Positions 40,539 to 51,459 of a stretch of 64,000 bases of DNA are shown here, piece by piece. Made by a program: the position numbers and the translations under genes. Below the pieces are notes generated by a model. The model saw only the letters and a list, made by a program, of their open reading frames with translations. It did not search any database and had not been told where the DNA came from. The DNA lies in assembly GCA_017404385.1 (NCBI GenBank), contig JAFRCK010000014.1, forward strand, positions 18,588-82,587, written 5' to 3'. The first letter of the stretch is position 1; each line of letters opens with the position of its first letter. This DNA comes from Bacilli bacterium. Its GTDB lineage: Bacteria; Bacillota_I; Bacilli_A; RF39; UBA660.

Positions 40539-42284
40539 TTCATATAATATTTTTCCCTGATAGCTATAATAACTATTATTACATATAATACTATTTTGAG
40601 TAATAATTACTTTTTCAGTACCTAATTCAATTGGAATTTCTTCCTTTTTAGCTAAATCAATTAACACTCTATTATTATCTTTAATGCCTATTATAAATGC
40701 ATATTCATCAGTTATAAATTCAAATTTATCATATTCATTTTCTAATAATATATTATTTTTACTATCAATAAGTCCATATTTATTATTATCATCTTTAATA
40801 ATAAATAATTCTTTTTTTAATAAATCTTTTAAATTATTAAAGAATATATCATTAATTAGTTCTATATCCATATAATTTGCTTTTACAACATCTTTTCCCT
40901 TTTTATTAATAATTCCATATTTCCCATTCTCTTTAATTTTTGCATAACCTGAATTATTAAAATCTGTTACCTCTTCATACCACTTGTTATTTATTAATTT
41001 ACCTTTTTCATCTAAATAATTCTTTCCATATTCAGTTTCAATAGCTAATCTTTTATTGCTATATATTCCTGAAATTGGTTTATATTCATTAAATAAATCT
41101 AGTTCTTTTTTTGAAGAAATAATTCTATAATTACTATTATCATTTTCTAATAATAAACCAGAACCATATGTATAAATAGCTTCTTTATTCTCATTAATAA
41201 TGCTTTGATCATTTAGATTAATATAACTAACACTACTATCATCTTTAATACAAATTGCTATATCTGAATCAACATCATCAACCTTAATTAGTTTATATTT
41301 ATCAGTTTTAAGTTTTACTTTACCATCTTTAATTACTATGTATGTATTGTTACCAAATTCATTTTCTGTTTTTAAGTAAAAGACATTGTTGTCGGATACA
41401 AATATATCTTCTAAAGTATAACTATAAACATCTTTTCCTGTGGATAGATTAACTATTAAAGAAGATTTATTTATTTTAACTTTTGCATATCTATCTTTTG
41501 ATTCTAAGTTAGATACATTCGATAATTCTATTTCAATTTTTTTGTCATCCACTTCATCTACTTTAAATGTATATATTTCATCACCATTTGAATCTAAAAT
41601 ACCCAACGTTTCACCAGATATAAATGAATAATACCCATCTTTTGAATACGTGATATTATCATACACAAATCTAGTTAACTCTGATAATTTATTATTAAGC
41701 AAAGCGTATTTTAAACCATTATTTGTTATTTTAGAAACAATATAAGTACCTTCTTTATAATCCATTGAATAATATGTTCCAAATGGTACTTTTGATACAC
41801 CTTTACTATTTAGTATTCCTATTAAATTATTATCATTTTTTACTATTGCTAAACCATTATGATATTCAGAACCATATGCATATTTAGGTTTAACAACTAT
41901 GGTTCCATCATTATCTACATAACCTATTTTTTTATTTTCTTCAATTTTTATTAGATTAAATGTATCTGCCTTGCTATTATTAATAAATATATACATAAAT
42001 AGAATTGATACAAATGCAAAAGTAAATACCGGAAAAATAATTGATGTTTTTTTAAATGATATCTTGCTATTTTTAGCAGGTATATCTTTTATTCTATCAT
42101 CCATAATAATTAAATTATTATCAGTTACAATTGGTTCTATTGATTTAGTTAAAGGTGGAATATCTTTAATTCTATCATCTAAAATAATTATATTATTAGA
42201 AGAGTCTTCAAATGGTAAATCCGATAATGAATTAGTATGTTCTAAATGATCATCAGAAAATGGTATATTATCAAATTCATTCAT
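40530..42284 (-). CDS. WG-like-repeat type II membrane protein, paralog B of 28542..30299
   Basis: Same architecture and motifs (IIILDDRIKDIPPLTKS, IIMDDRIKDIPAKNSK, TM SIIFPVFTFAFVSILFMYIFI, KIGYVDNDGTIVVKPKYAYGSEYHNGLAIVKNDNNLIGILNSKG). About 60-65% identical by eye to paralog A. Confidence 0.5.
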   Translation of the reverse strand: MNEFDNIPFSDDHLEHTNSLSDLPFEDSSNNIIILDDRIKDIPPLTKSIEPIVTDNNLIIMDDRIKDIPAKNSKISFKKTSIIFPVFTFAFVSILFMYIFINNSKADTFNLIKIEENKKIGYVDNDGTIVVKPKYAYGSEYHNGLAIVKNDNNLIGILNSKGVSKVPFGTYYSMDYKEGTYIVSKITNNGLKYALLNNKLSELTRFVYDNITYSKDGYYSFISGETLGILDSNGDEIYTFKVDEVDDKKIEIELSNVSNLESKDRYAKVKINKSSLIVNLSTGKDVYSYTLEDIFVSDNNVFYLKTENEFGNNTYIVIKDGKVKLKTDKYKLIKVDDVDSDIAICIKDDSSVSYINLNDQSIINENKEAIYTYGSGLLLENDNSNYRIISSKKELDLFNEYKPISGIYSNKRLAIETEYGKNYLDEKGKLINNKWYEEVTDFNNSGYAKIKENGKYGIINKKGKDVVKANYMDIELINDIFFNNLKDLLKKELFIIKDDNNKYGLIDSKNNILLENEYDKFEFITDEYAFIIGIKDNNRVLIDLAKKEEIPIELGTEKVIITQNSIICNNSYYSYQGKILYELK

Positions 42285-42314
42285 TTTATCCCTCCTATTC
42301 TATAATCTTTATTT

Positions 42315-42353
42315 TAACACAAAAAAGAAATAAGTTATAGTGAACTATAACTT
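42315..42353 (-). terminator. Rho-independent terminator of ftsK, overlapping its stop
   Basis: Stem aagttatag/ctataactt with loop tgaa, then a U-rich tract on the minus strand. Confidence 0.5.
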
Positions 42354-44553
42354 ATTCATTATCTGATTCTAATTCTACTAATACTTCACGTGGTTTAGAT
42401 CCTTGTTGTGGACCAACAATGCCTCTTTCTTCTAGTTCATCAACTAATCTTGCTGCCCTATTATAGCCAACTTTGAATCTTCTTTGTATAAGTGATGCTG
42501 ATGCTTTTCCTGTGGAAACAACAAACTCTACTACTTCATTATAAAGTGGATCATCATTATCAACATCATCTTTATCAATATCTGAATGTGTAGAACTACT
42601 AGTATCTAAATTAAATTTATCATCATAAGAAGCCATATGTTGATCACATACGAAATTAACTAATTTTTGAATTTCTTCTTCTGAAACAAATGCACCTTGA
42701 ATTCTTTGTGGTATAGATTCACCCATTGGTAAGAATAACATGTCACCTTTACCTAATAATTTTTCAGCACCACCCATATCAAGGATAGTTCTACTATCTA
42801 TTTGAGATGAAACTGCAAATGATATTCTTGATGGTATATTTGCTTTTATAACACCAGTAATAACATTTGTAGATGGTCTTTGAGTTGCAACTATCAAATG
42901 TATACCAGCTGCTCTGGCCATTTGTGTTATTCTCATAATTGAATCTTCAACTTCATTTTTAGCTACAACCATCAAGTCAGCTAACTCATCAATAATGACA
43001 ACTATGTATGGTAACAACGGTAATTTTGATTCTTCAGGCAAGCTCTGATTTTTCTTTTCAAGATATGCATTATAACTCTCAATATTTTTAGTATGAGAAT
43101 CTTCAAATTTATCATATCTATCCATCATTTCTGCCACTACCCTTTGTAAAGCTATACTAGCTTTTTTTGGATCTGTAACAACTGGTTGTAATAAATGTGG
43201 TATACCATTATACATACCAAGTTCAACCTTTTTAGGGTCAACCATTATTAATTTTACTTCATCAGGTCTAGCTCTCATAAGAATTGAAGCTAATATACAG
43301 TTAATACAAACTGATTTACCACTACCTGTAGCACCCGCTACTAGTAAATGTGGTGTCTTGTTTATTTCACAATATCTTGGCGTACCCATAATATCTTTAC
43401 CTAAAGCAACCATTAATTTATTACTTTGTTTTTCTTTTGGAAAGCTAGATATTATTTCTCTAAACGCAACCATACTATTAACTTTATTTGGTATTTCTAT
43501 ACCTACAGTGCTCTTACCTGGGATAGGAGCTTGTATTCTAACATCTTTTGCAGCTAAAGCTAATGCAATTTCACTATGAATACTTGTTATTTTACTAGTT
43601 CTAGTTCCTGATTTTATTTCTAATTCATATTGCGTAACAGAAGGCCCAACATGCACTTCAACTACCTTAGCAAACACTTCAAAATCTTTTAATACTTGTT
43701 CTAGAATGCCTATATTCTTTTTAATTTCAACTTCATCATCTTTTCTATTTGTCTTCTTAGCAGCATCTAATAAAGTAATACTAGGAAATTGATAATTAGC
43801 ATATAAATTACTAGCTGGTTTTTGATTGTTAGAGCTTTCTTTTATAGCTGCTTCATATTCCATTTCCTTTTCTTTTGTATTTGTTAATTCACTAAGCGAA
43901 GAAACTTTAACCTTGTTTTCTTCGTGTTCCTCTTCTTCTTCTTCGTCATAGTATTCATCATCATTTTCATCATCATCATCATTACTTTTTCTATTAGCAA
44001 TTTTATCTTTAATAGTTTGAAAAATATCAGAAAATGAAATATTTGAGAATAATATTAAACCAATTAACATTAATACAGAAATAACTATAATACTTCCAAC
44101 TTCACCTAATAAAACATAAAAAGAAGATATAGTTAAAGCTCCGATTACTCCACCACCATTAAATGCTATTTTATCTTTTATGCATTTACTAAATTCATTA
44201 ATTGTTTCTTTTAATGTACCATCTATAGTTGGTTTATCACCTAAATAATTCATGTGAGCTAAAGCTAATAATCCTACTATAAAAATAATTAATCCAATAA
44301 ATCTCGCACTTAAAAATTTTGGTTTCTTTCTTTTAATTAACATATAAGAACCAATTATTATTAATATACTTAAAAATATAAAATCAAAAGTGCCCATTAA
44401 AAACATTGCAAATCCTTTAAATGCAGTTCCTAGTATATTAGCTTTATACCCTAAAAAGCCTATTACGCCTATAATAATTAATAGAATACCCACTAATTCT
44501 ATTGGAAATCTAGATTTAGATGATTCACTACTACGTTTTTTCTTTTTAGCCAC
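42352..44553 (-). CDS. ftsK: DNA translocase FtsK/SpoIIIE
   Basis: 4 N-terminal TM helices, acidic linker, motor domain with Walker A GATGSGKS, C-terminal winged-helix gamma domain (ASASLIQRRFKVGYNRAARLVD). Confidence 0.9.
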   Translation of the reverse strand: MAKKKKRSSESSKSRFPIELVGILLIIIGVIGFLGYKANILGTAFKGFAMFLMGTFDFIFLSILIIIGSYMLIKRKKPKFLSARFIGLIIFIVGLLALAHMNYLGDKPTIDGTLKETINEFSKCIKDKIAFNGGGVIGALTISSFYVLLGEVGSIIVISVLMLIGLILFSNISFSDIFQTIKDKIANRKSNDDDDENDDEYYDEEEEEEHEENKVKVSSLSELTNTKEKEMEYEAAIKESSNNQKPASNLYANYQFPSITLLDAAKKTNRKDDEVEIKKNIGILEQVLKDFEVFAKVVEVHVGPSVTQYELEIKSGTRTSKITSIHSEIALALAAKDVRIQAPIPGKSTVGIEIPNKVNSMVAFREIISSFPKEKQSNKLMVALGKDIMGTPRYCEINKTPHLLVAGATGSGKSVCINCILASILMRARPDEVKLIMVDPKKVELGMYNGIPHLLQPVVTDPKKASIALQRVVAEMMDRYDKFEDSHTKNIESYNAYLEKKNQSLPEESKLPLLPYIVVIIDELADLMVVAKNEVEDSIMRITQMARAAGIHLIVATQRPSTNVITGVIKANIPSRISFAVSSQIDSRTILDMGGAEKLLGKGDMLFLPMGESIPQRIQGAFVSEEEIQKLVNFVCDQHMASYDDKFNLDTSSSTHSDIDKDDVDNDDPLYNEVVEFVVSTGKASASLIQRRFKVGYNRAARLVDELEERGIVGPQQGSKPREVLVELESDNE

Positions 44554-44589
44554 TTATATCACCTCTACTATTAACAATATAATTATATC

Positions 44590-44630
44590 ATTTTTATGAA
44601 AAAATAAAAACACTTTTTAAAAAAGTGTTT
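44590..44630 (-). terminator. Rho-independent terminator of rnj, overlapping its stop
   Basis: Stem aaacactttt/aaaagtgttt followed by a U-run on the minus strand. Confidence 0.5.
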
Positions 44631-46275
44631 AAATTTCGTTAATAATTGTAATAATCATAGGTTTGCATTCAGTTTCATCAAAGAAAAACTTACCTAATTC
44701 TTCTCTTATATCATTTTTAATTTTATTAAAGTCTACATAATTACTTGAAATATTATTATTTATTAATTTAAGAGAAATTTCTTTTATTTGATTAATAAAA
44801 TCACCACTCTCTTTAACATAAATAAAACCTCTAGTAATAATTTCTGGTCCTGATAGTATAGCTTTAGTTTTTTTACTTAAAGTAGCGCATACTATAACAA
44901 TACCATTTTCACTTAATAATTCTCTATCTTTTAAAACTAATTCTCCTATATCTTTAGTTGAATTACCATCAATTAACAATTCATCTATCTTTATTTTTTC
45001 AGTTTCTTCAGTTAAATTACCATTTTCAAATATAGCTACTTCACCATTTTGCTTTAAAATAATATTTTCCTTTTTAATACCAAGATTATACGCTATATCT
45101 GCATTAGCTACTTGGTGACGATATTCTCCATTAACTGGAAAATAATACTTAGGTTGTATTAAATTTAACATAAGCATTAAATCTTCTGAAGAAGCATGAT
45201 TTAATAAATACTTCTTAGGTGATAAATTTATTGTTTTAGCACCTAATTTAGCTATGTCATCACTAAGTTTAATAGCTATTTTTTCATTATTTGTAGTAAC
45301 TGGATCTAAGTAGAACACAGTATCAGTAGGTTTAATAGTTATATATTTATCATATCCATTAACAATTCTTTCTAAGTTAACAAATGGTTTTTCATTTTCA
45401 TTAGAAATCAATATAACTGCATCTTTATCTTCAATATTAGATAAAGAACCTATTCTAGATTTATCAAACTTAACATAGCCATTATCAATTACATAATTAA
45501 TTAACTCTTGTAATTTTTTACCCATTATAACTACTCTTCTTTGTGTAGTCATTAATTCAGATAACAATTCTTGTATTCTACTAATATGAGCTGAAAATAC
45601 AGTAATAATTATTCTATTTTCAGTATGTATTAATATATCACTAATAGTAGATGCTATTCTATTATTTGGAACTGTATAACCTGGTAGTTCTGCATACTCA
45701 CTTTCACTTAATAAACATAGTACTTTTTGTTTACCAATATAAGCTAATTTACCAATATCTGTTCCATATGGACCTTGCATAGATGAATCAAATACAAAGT
45801 GTCCAGTATAAACAATAGAGCCATCTTCTGTATTTAAAACATATCCTACGTTATCAGGAATAGAATGTGTTAAACTAACTGGAAATATACTATTTTTTCC
45901 AAAATTTAATTTTTTATGAGGTTCAATTTCATAAAGATTATTAAATTCAATTCCCTCATCCTTAAAATTTCTTCTTATAACATCACAAGTAAATTTACAA
46001 GAATAAATCTTAATATCTTTTAATTCTTTAACTATATCACACAAAGCCCCCATAGCTTTCATATGACCATGGGTAATAAATATACCTTTTATTCTATCCT
46101 TATTTTTCTTTAAAAATGAAAAGTCAGGAATAATATAATCAATACCTAACATTTGTTCATTTGCGTATTTTAAGCCCGCATCAAAAATAAATATATCGTT
46201 ATCAACATCGACAACATACATATTTTTACCACATTCATTTAGTCCACCAAGACTAAATATCTTAATTTTACTCAT
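44629..46275 (-). CDS. rnj: Ribonuclease J (metallo-beta-lactamase/beta-CASP 5'-3' exo/endoribonuclease)
   Basis: MSKIKIFSLGGLNECGKNMYVV... with the HGHMK/D metallo-beta-lactamase motif. ~550 aa, typical RNase J length. Confidence 0.88.
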   Translation of the reverse strand: MSKIKIFSLGGLNECGKNMYVVDVDNDIFIFDAGLKYANEQMLGIDYIIPDFSFLKKNKDRIKGIFITHGHMKAMGALCDIVKELKDIKIYSCKFTCDVIRRNFKDEGIEFNNLYEIEPHKKLNFGKNSIFPVSLTHSIPDNVGYVLNTEDGSIVYTGHFVFDSSMQGPYGTDIGKLAYIGKQKVLCLLSESEYAELPGYTVPNNRIASTISDILIHTENRIIITVFSAHISRIQELLSELMTTQRRVVIMGKKLQELINYVIDNGYVKFDKSRIGSLSNIEDKDAVILISNENEKPFVNLERIVNGYDKYITIKPTDTVFYLDPVTTNNEKIAIKLSDDIAKLGAKTINLSPKKYLLNHASSEDLMLMLNLIQPKYYFPVNGEYRHQVANADIAYNLGIKKENIILKQNGEVAIFENGNLTEETEKIKIDELLIDGNSTKDIGELVLKDRELLSENGIVIVCATLSKKTKAILSGPEIITRGFIYVKESGDFINQIKEISLKLINNNISSNYVDFNKIKNDIREELGKFFFDETECKPMIITIINEI

Positions 46276-46381
46276 TTTTTCTCTCCTTTCATAAAAATAA
46301 TATAAAGAATTAAGTACTATTGATTATACCAAAAATATTAAAAAAATAAAAGTATTTAAAAAAAGTAAGAAAAAATCTTAC

Positions 46382-46813
46382 TTATTTTTTGACAACTGCT
46401 TTTTCTTCTTCATCCATTTTTTTAGAATATTCATGTAACTCAATTATTTCTTTAATTGATTTTAAAGTTTCTTCTTTTGTATATCCTTGTTTTAATCTAA
46501 CATTAGATATAAGTTTTAATAATTTAGCAAAATCAGGTCTTTTATCACCTATAAATTCAGATGCAACTAATTCTGCTGATTCTAATGAATCATCATTTTT
46601 GTAGTAAGTTGCATAAGAAAAATTAGGCATTTTTTCACCAGAAAAAACTTTTTGATATTCTGATGCTGGTACTAAAAAATACTCATATAATGATAAATTA
46701 TCATATTCCTTTTCTTTAGTTTGATTTTCTTTCTTGCTTACTGATCTAATAATCTTTTCTTTCCCATTTTCATCAACTATTTTTATTTTAAAACATTGAA
46801 TTCTTTTTATCAA
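46382..46813 (-). CDS. Hypothetical cytoplasmic protein
   Basis: 143-aa ORF with no recognisable family. Hairpin plus U-run terminator just downstream (about 46355..46386). Confidence 0.35.
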   Translation of the reverse strand: MIKRIQCFKIKIVDENGKEKIIRSVSKKENQTKEKEYDNLSLYEYFLVPASEYQKVFSGEKMPNFSYATYYKNDDSLESAELVASEFIGDKRPDFAKLLKLISNVRLKQGYTKEETLKSIKEIIELHEYSKKMDEEEKAVVKK

Positions 46814-46834
46814 GAATGTTGATGATTATTTACA

Positions 46835-47671
46835 CTAGTTATTACATTCTTTCTTAGTACTTAATAATTCTTCTAAATGGACTATATTATATCCCTTTGA
46901 TAATATATACTTAATAGAATACTTTAATTCATCACTATTTTTATTATCTATTAAGAATATCTTTCCATTAGTTAATTCTTGTTTTACCGTACTTAATACA
47001 TCATCTTTTATTAATGCTGCCTTTATGGTATTCATACCATAAGCAGTACACAAATCTAGAATACTTTTTTCTTTTTTTGTAACAAGACAATACTTGGATT
47101 CATTACTGAAATTATTATTAATAATAGCGTTATCATAAACCATATACTTTTTATTGTAAGTACCATTTCTTCCATAATTATAAATATTTACATATTTATT
47201 GATATCTATTAATTTAGGTGCATTTATACTTAAGTATTCACCATCTAAAAAATAATCAATTTTTATGTTATTCTTTTTAATAAACATTTCTATAGATTCA
47301 TTGTTTTCTAATAGAATAATTGATACATTTCTTTTTTCCTTGTTACCACCAATAATATATTTATCACTATTTTTATTAATTTCATCCTCTTTCATAACAA
47401 GTAATTCTTCATTATAGTGTCCATTTTTTTTCATTTTATCATAACTATTTTTTTCATCAATAATACATCCATTTAAACCAGTTAGATATTCATCATCAAA
47501 TACAGTTGATTCAATTTTACTAACAACTATATCCTTCTCTTTATTTCTAATTTCACTCATTATTGGATCATTATTTTTTATTATGTCCGATACTTTATAA
47601 GTATAATAAAAACTAAACCCCGCAAATAATAAAGCTAAAATTACTTTTATTTTTTTATTCATATAATTCAC
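46835..47671 (-). CDS. Hypothetical N-terminally anchored/secreted protein
   Basis: N-terminal hydrophobic segment KVILALLFAGFSFYYTY. Otherwise unassigned. Confidence 0.35.
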   Translation of the reverse strand: MNYMNKKIKVILALLFAGFSFYYTYKVSDIIKNNDPIMSEIRNKEKDIVVSKIESTVFDDEYLTGLNGCIIDEKNSYDKMKKNGHYNEELLVMKEDEINKNSDKYIIGGNKEKRNVSIILLENNESIEMFIKKNNIKIDYFLDGEYLSINAPKLIDINKYVNIYNYGRNGTYNKKYMVYDNAIINNNFSNESKYCLVTKKEKSILDLCTAYGMNTIKAALIKDDVLSTVKQELTNGKIFLIDNKNSDELKYSIKYILSKGYNIVHLEELLSTKKECNN

Positions 47672-47700
47672 CTAATAAATTATATGCAAAAAAAAAGGAA

Positions 47701-48579
47701 TTATCTTCCTTTTCTATATAAAGTCCCATTTTGAGATGTTAATTCTTCACCATCTTTAATTTGTGATTCATCAACGACTGGTACAAATACTTCTCCATCT
47801 TTAACAATACTTCCTTTAAAAACAGTATTTTCAAATGGAGTTGTTTCTTCTAATTTGTCATGAGCTGCTATATTACTAACTGCTCTAGCTGATTCTTTTA
47901 AAACATCTAAATCTGGATTCTCTTTAGCTAGTTCTGAATAGAATCTTCTATATGCTTCTTCAAATTTTTCATTACGTAATTCTTTATCCTTGCTACTACC
48001 TTCATAATAGCCTGTAGTAGTTGCAGAAACATATGCATCCATAACAGGTATTGGAGCTTTATCTACGCTTTCAAATATATCTTCTACATTACTTGAAAAT
48101 GAAACTGTTTCTCTTTCAAATTCTCTTTCTTTTATAATAGAAGTAAAAATTGAACTTAAAGCCATAGTCGCTAACACTACATAAGGAGTAAAACTTTTAT
48201 AAATAGGTTTTCTTTTTTTTATTTCTAAATTTTCTTCTTTTTGAACTAAATGCATAAACTTTTTAGCCATTTTAGTTGCAAAAGATGGAGTATCATCTAA
48301 ATATTTTTCTATGCCTTCTTCTAATTGTTTTGTTATTTCATCACTTCTATCTATATCTGCTTCTTCTTTTGACATAGCATAATCCCTATCAATTTCTTTA
48401 CTACTATTCTCAATTTGTTTTTCTCTTGCTTCAATAAAATCAGGTGTTTCTCTACTTGCTAAATCAGCATCAAGAACTTCCAAATCATCAAAACTATTAG
48501 CTCTTTTATTATCATTTTCTTGTATTTCTTTTCTTGCTCTTTCACTTTCTGCAAGAATTAATTTATCTACTCTATCCAT
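47701..48579 (-). CDS. Hypothetical acidic protein with one internal hydrophobic helix
   Basis: 292-aa ORF. Tightly coupled (3 nt) to the upstream ezrA. Confidence 0.35.
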   Translation of the reverse strand: MDRVDKLILAESERARKEIQENDNKRANSFDDLEVLDADLASRETPDFIEAREKQIENSSKEIDRDYAMSKEEADIDRSDEITKQLEEGIEKYLDDTPSFATKMAKKFMHLVQKEENLEIKKRKPIYKSFTPYVVLATMALSSIFTSIIKEREFERETVSFSSNVEDIFESVDKAPIPVMDAYVSATTTGYYEGSSKDKELRNEKFEEAYRRFYSELAKENPDLDVLKESARAVSNIAAHDKLEETTPFENTVFKGSIVKDGEVFVPVVDESQIKDGEELTSQNGTLYRKGR

Positions 48580-48581
48580 AA

Positions 48582-50300
48582 TTAATTATTCCCCTCTTCT
48601 CCAAAAGCTTTAAGTATTTTATTATGTATCCCTGGTTCTACATAATCAATTGCATTCATAGCAACTTCAATTGCCTTTTTATAAGATCCTTCATTAAATA
48701 AAAATTCTGCTTTATTTAATCCAACATTTACTTGTTCTTTTATTGGTCTATACCTATTACCATAAACTATCGTTTCTTCTGCCATCATAACATTTTTAAT
48801 TAATTCATTTGTTGTATTAAAAATCTTAAATGCAAGATCTCTTGCTGTATCAACTCTAATATTTAATGTTTCGATATTAATTGGTTTTTTATTTAATTCT
48901 TTATTTATTTCTTTTATTGCATCTGATGCATCTTTTAATTCTACAAAATAATTTTCAGGAACGACTGGTATATTATATAATCTAATTCTATTTCTAGCCT
49001 TTTTAATTAAATCTTTAATGCTATCTAATTGTTCTCTTGCTCTTGCTTCATCTTCCTTCATATTACCTATAGTTTGTACATCATATTCTAGGCTCTCATC
49101 AATCTTAGATAATTTTATTGTTAAATAATCAAGTTCTTTAGATAATCTACTATAAGGGAAAGAATGATTATTATTGCACTCATTCAAATCGTTAAAACTA
49201 GTTTTAATAGATGTTACTTCTTTATCAATAATATTAAGTCTATCTATATCATTTTTTGATAAATCATAATTAGATTCTAAATCATTAATTTGAGATAACA
49301 ATGATCCTAAAACTTTAACAGTTCTATCCAATTTAAATTTAAATGAATCAACATTCTCTTCAAATTTATTTCTAGCTATTTTTTCACTTTCAAAATCATT
49401 ATATAAAGAATCAAAATAATTAATTATTGTTTTTAATTCAAAAACTACATCTTCTAGATTAAGAACCCTGACTCTATCTAAAATATCACTTATTTTCTTA
49501 TTTGTTTCTTCAATATTATATTCTACATTTAAGTAATCAAGCTGATAATTATCTCTAGTCATATCTATATAGATTTTTGAAATATCAGTTATTTTATTAG
49601 GAATTAATTCATTACACATAATTAAAATAGCTGGTACTTCTTTAATAACATATTTCATATGTTCTACCATTTCATCAATAGATTTAACTATATAATTTAT
49701 ATCATCGTAGTCTTTCTTTTCCATAGCAACTTCAAATTCTTGAAGTCTTTTTTCAATAGTTTCAAATTGAAGATCAATTGCTTCTTTTACATTTCCATAC
49801 GCATCTGTATCTTTTTCAAAATCAGATTTAATAACTCTATATTCAGATTTTAATTTTACTATTCTTTCTCTATTTTTTTCTTCACTTAAAGTAATTTCTT
49901 TTATTTCACCTAATAATTTATCTGTTTTTTCTCTTAATCTATAAATTCTTAGTTCGATATTTGCAAGTAATCTTTTTAAATCTTTATATTTTCTATCCTC
50001 AGCATAATTATCAGCTTCTAATAACATATCTGTTACTTCAGGTATATCTTTATTCCTTATTCCATCAAATCTATTTTGCCAATTATCATATTTAGATTTT
50101 GTTTTATCATCTTTTACAAGGCTTTCAACTTTAGATAATTCATTCAATATAGGCGCACTTAAAACAAGATTCTTTTCTGTTTCTAAATCTCTTATTGCTT
50201 CTTTTAATCGTTTTGCTTCTTTTATATTTTTTATAATAAAAACAACAATTAATAAAACTATAACTACTATATATACAGTTACTATTATTAAGCCCTTCAT
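48582..50300 (-). CDS. ezrA: Septation ring formation regulator EzrA
   Basis: N-terminal TM followed by ~540 aa of coiled coil, ~570 aa total. Adjacent to rpsD as in Bacillus. Confidence 0.7.
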   Translation of the reverse strand: MKGLIIVTVYIVVIVLLIVVFIIKNIKEAKRLKEAIRDLETEKNLVLSAPILNELSKVESLVKDDKTKSKYDNWQNRFDGIRNKDIPEVTDMLLEADNYAEDRKYKDLKRLLANIELRIYRLREKTDKLLGEIKEITLSEEKNRERIVKLKSEYRVIKSDFEKDTDAYGNVKEAIDLQFETIEKRLQEFEVAMEKKDYDDINYIVKSIDEMVEHMKYVIKEVPAILIMCNELIPNKITDISKIYIDMTRDNYQLDYLNVEYNIEETNKKISDILDRVRVLNLEDVVFELKTIINYFDSLYNDFESEKIARNKFEENVDSFKFKLDRTVKVLGSLLSQINDLESNYDLSKNDIDRLNIIDKEVTSIKTSFNDLNECNNNHSFPYSRLSKELDYLTIKLSKIDESLEYDVQTIGNMKEDEARAREQLDSIKDLIKKARNRIRLYNIPVVPENYFVELKDASDAIKEINKELNKKPINIETLNIRVDTARDLAFKIFNTTNELIKNVMMAEETIVYGNRYRPIKEQVNVGLNKAEFLFNEGSYKKAIEVAMNAIDYVEPGIHNKILKAFGEEGNN

Positions 50301-50346
50301 ATAACACCTCTATTGTATTAATATAATACCACATTTTAAAACTTTT

Positions 50347-51378
50347 TTATACATATTTTTTATTATTTCTTTCTAAATCTTCTCTATTAACCGAATTAAA
50401 GTAATCAACTACTATATCTCCATTAAGAAATATTTTAGATAACATATACAAAAAAGAAGAATCGAAATAACTTTCATCTATTGTATCTATATTACAAAGT
50501 ATATTAATTACGTCATCAACATTATGTTTTAAAGTCATATTATCTATTATAAAACCACATATATTTCTAATACTCATTACCTTTAGATTACTTTTAAAAT
50601 TTTGAATTACAGAAGCATATTTAATCATTTGTTTATAATCGAAATCTTCATTCATTGATAACTCTATTAAATTTCTTATTCTATCAGATTCAACTTGAAA
50701 GAAACAAGCATCAGGATACTCTCTATAAACTTTTGTTTTTAAATCATGTAGATATTTTTTAAAACCATCTCTACTAATATTTTCTATATTAATACTCATA
50801 GTATAATTATATAATAAACTTGATAATTCATCATTAACGGAAGTTCTTAATCCATCCATAGAATAACCAATTCCAAGTTCATCATGTGCGAAAAAAGGAT
50901 TACATTCTATAATTGAATTACTTATAGATTTTTCTTTTTTTATGTAATTTCTTATTTTTTCAACATCATTGACATTACTAACTCTAATTACTATATCATC
51001 ACTTGCAGCCCTATTTCTTGCTTTACTATTGGATTCAATTGATTCTTTTCTCATATAGTTTCTTAGCGAATAGTAAACATGTTTTAAATTCTTCGCTGAA
51101 ACAGGTATATACATCTTATATGCAGTTTCTAATTTATCATTACTAATATCACTAGAAAATGGTACAAAATGTATATCATCATCCGTTAAAATTCCTTTTG
51201 TTTTAATTGTTCCCTTAAAATCAAACAAGTTTTTCTTTACTCTTAGTTGTTTATCTTCCTCAGTAAGACCATATGAGTTTAATATATTATAAATATCATC
51301 TGATGTTATATTTCCTTGATTTTTATATTTTTGTTTTATTAATTCAAATACTTGTGCTTGCGCAATTACTTTATTCAT
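50347..51378 (-). CDS. Hypothetical cytoplasmic protein
   Basis: 343-aa ORF with no recognisable motif. Confidence 0.35.
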   Translation of the reverse strand: MNKVIAQAQVFELIKQKYKNQGNITSDDIYNILNSYGLTEEDKQLRVKKNLFDFKGTIKTKGILTDDDIHFVPFSSDISNDKLETAYKMYIPVSAKNLKHVYYSLRNYMRKESIESNSKARNRAASDDIVIRVSNVNDVEKIRNYIKKEKSISNSIIECNPFFAHDELGIGYSMDGLRTSVNDELSSLLYNYTMSINIENISRDGFKKYLHDLKTKVYREYPDACFFQVESDRIRNLIELSMNEDFDYKQMIKYASVIQNFKSNLKVMSIRNICGFIIDNMTLKHNVDDVINILCNIDTIDESYFDSSFLYMLSKIFLNGDIVVDYFNSVNREDLERNNKKYV

Positions 51379-51429
51379 ATTACCACCTATTATAATTATA
51401 CCATGTTTACGTTATTTTTCATCTTTTTG

Positions 51430-51459
51430 TTGACTAATAATTATTTTTTAGTATATAAT
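51430..51459 (+). promoter_or_regulatory. Sigma-A promoter for rpsD
   Basis: TTGACT (51430..51435), 18 nt spacer, TATAAT (51454..51459). Confidence 0.55.

Noticed and set aside
50140-50334. 64-aa ORF overlapping the 5' end of ezrA
   Set aside because: It lies inside or overlaps the ezrA coding start region in another frame. No independent support.
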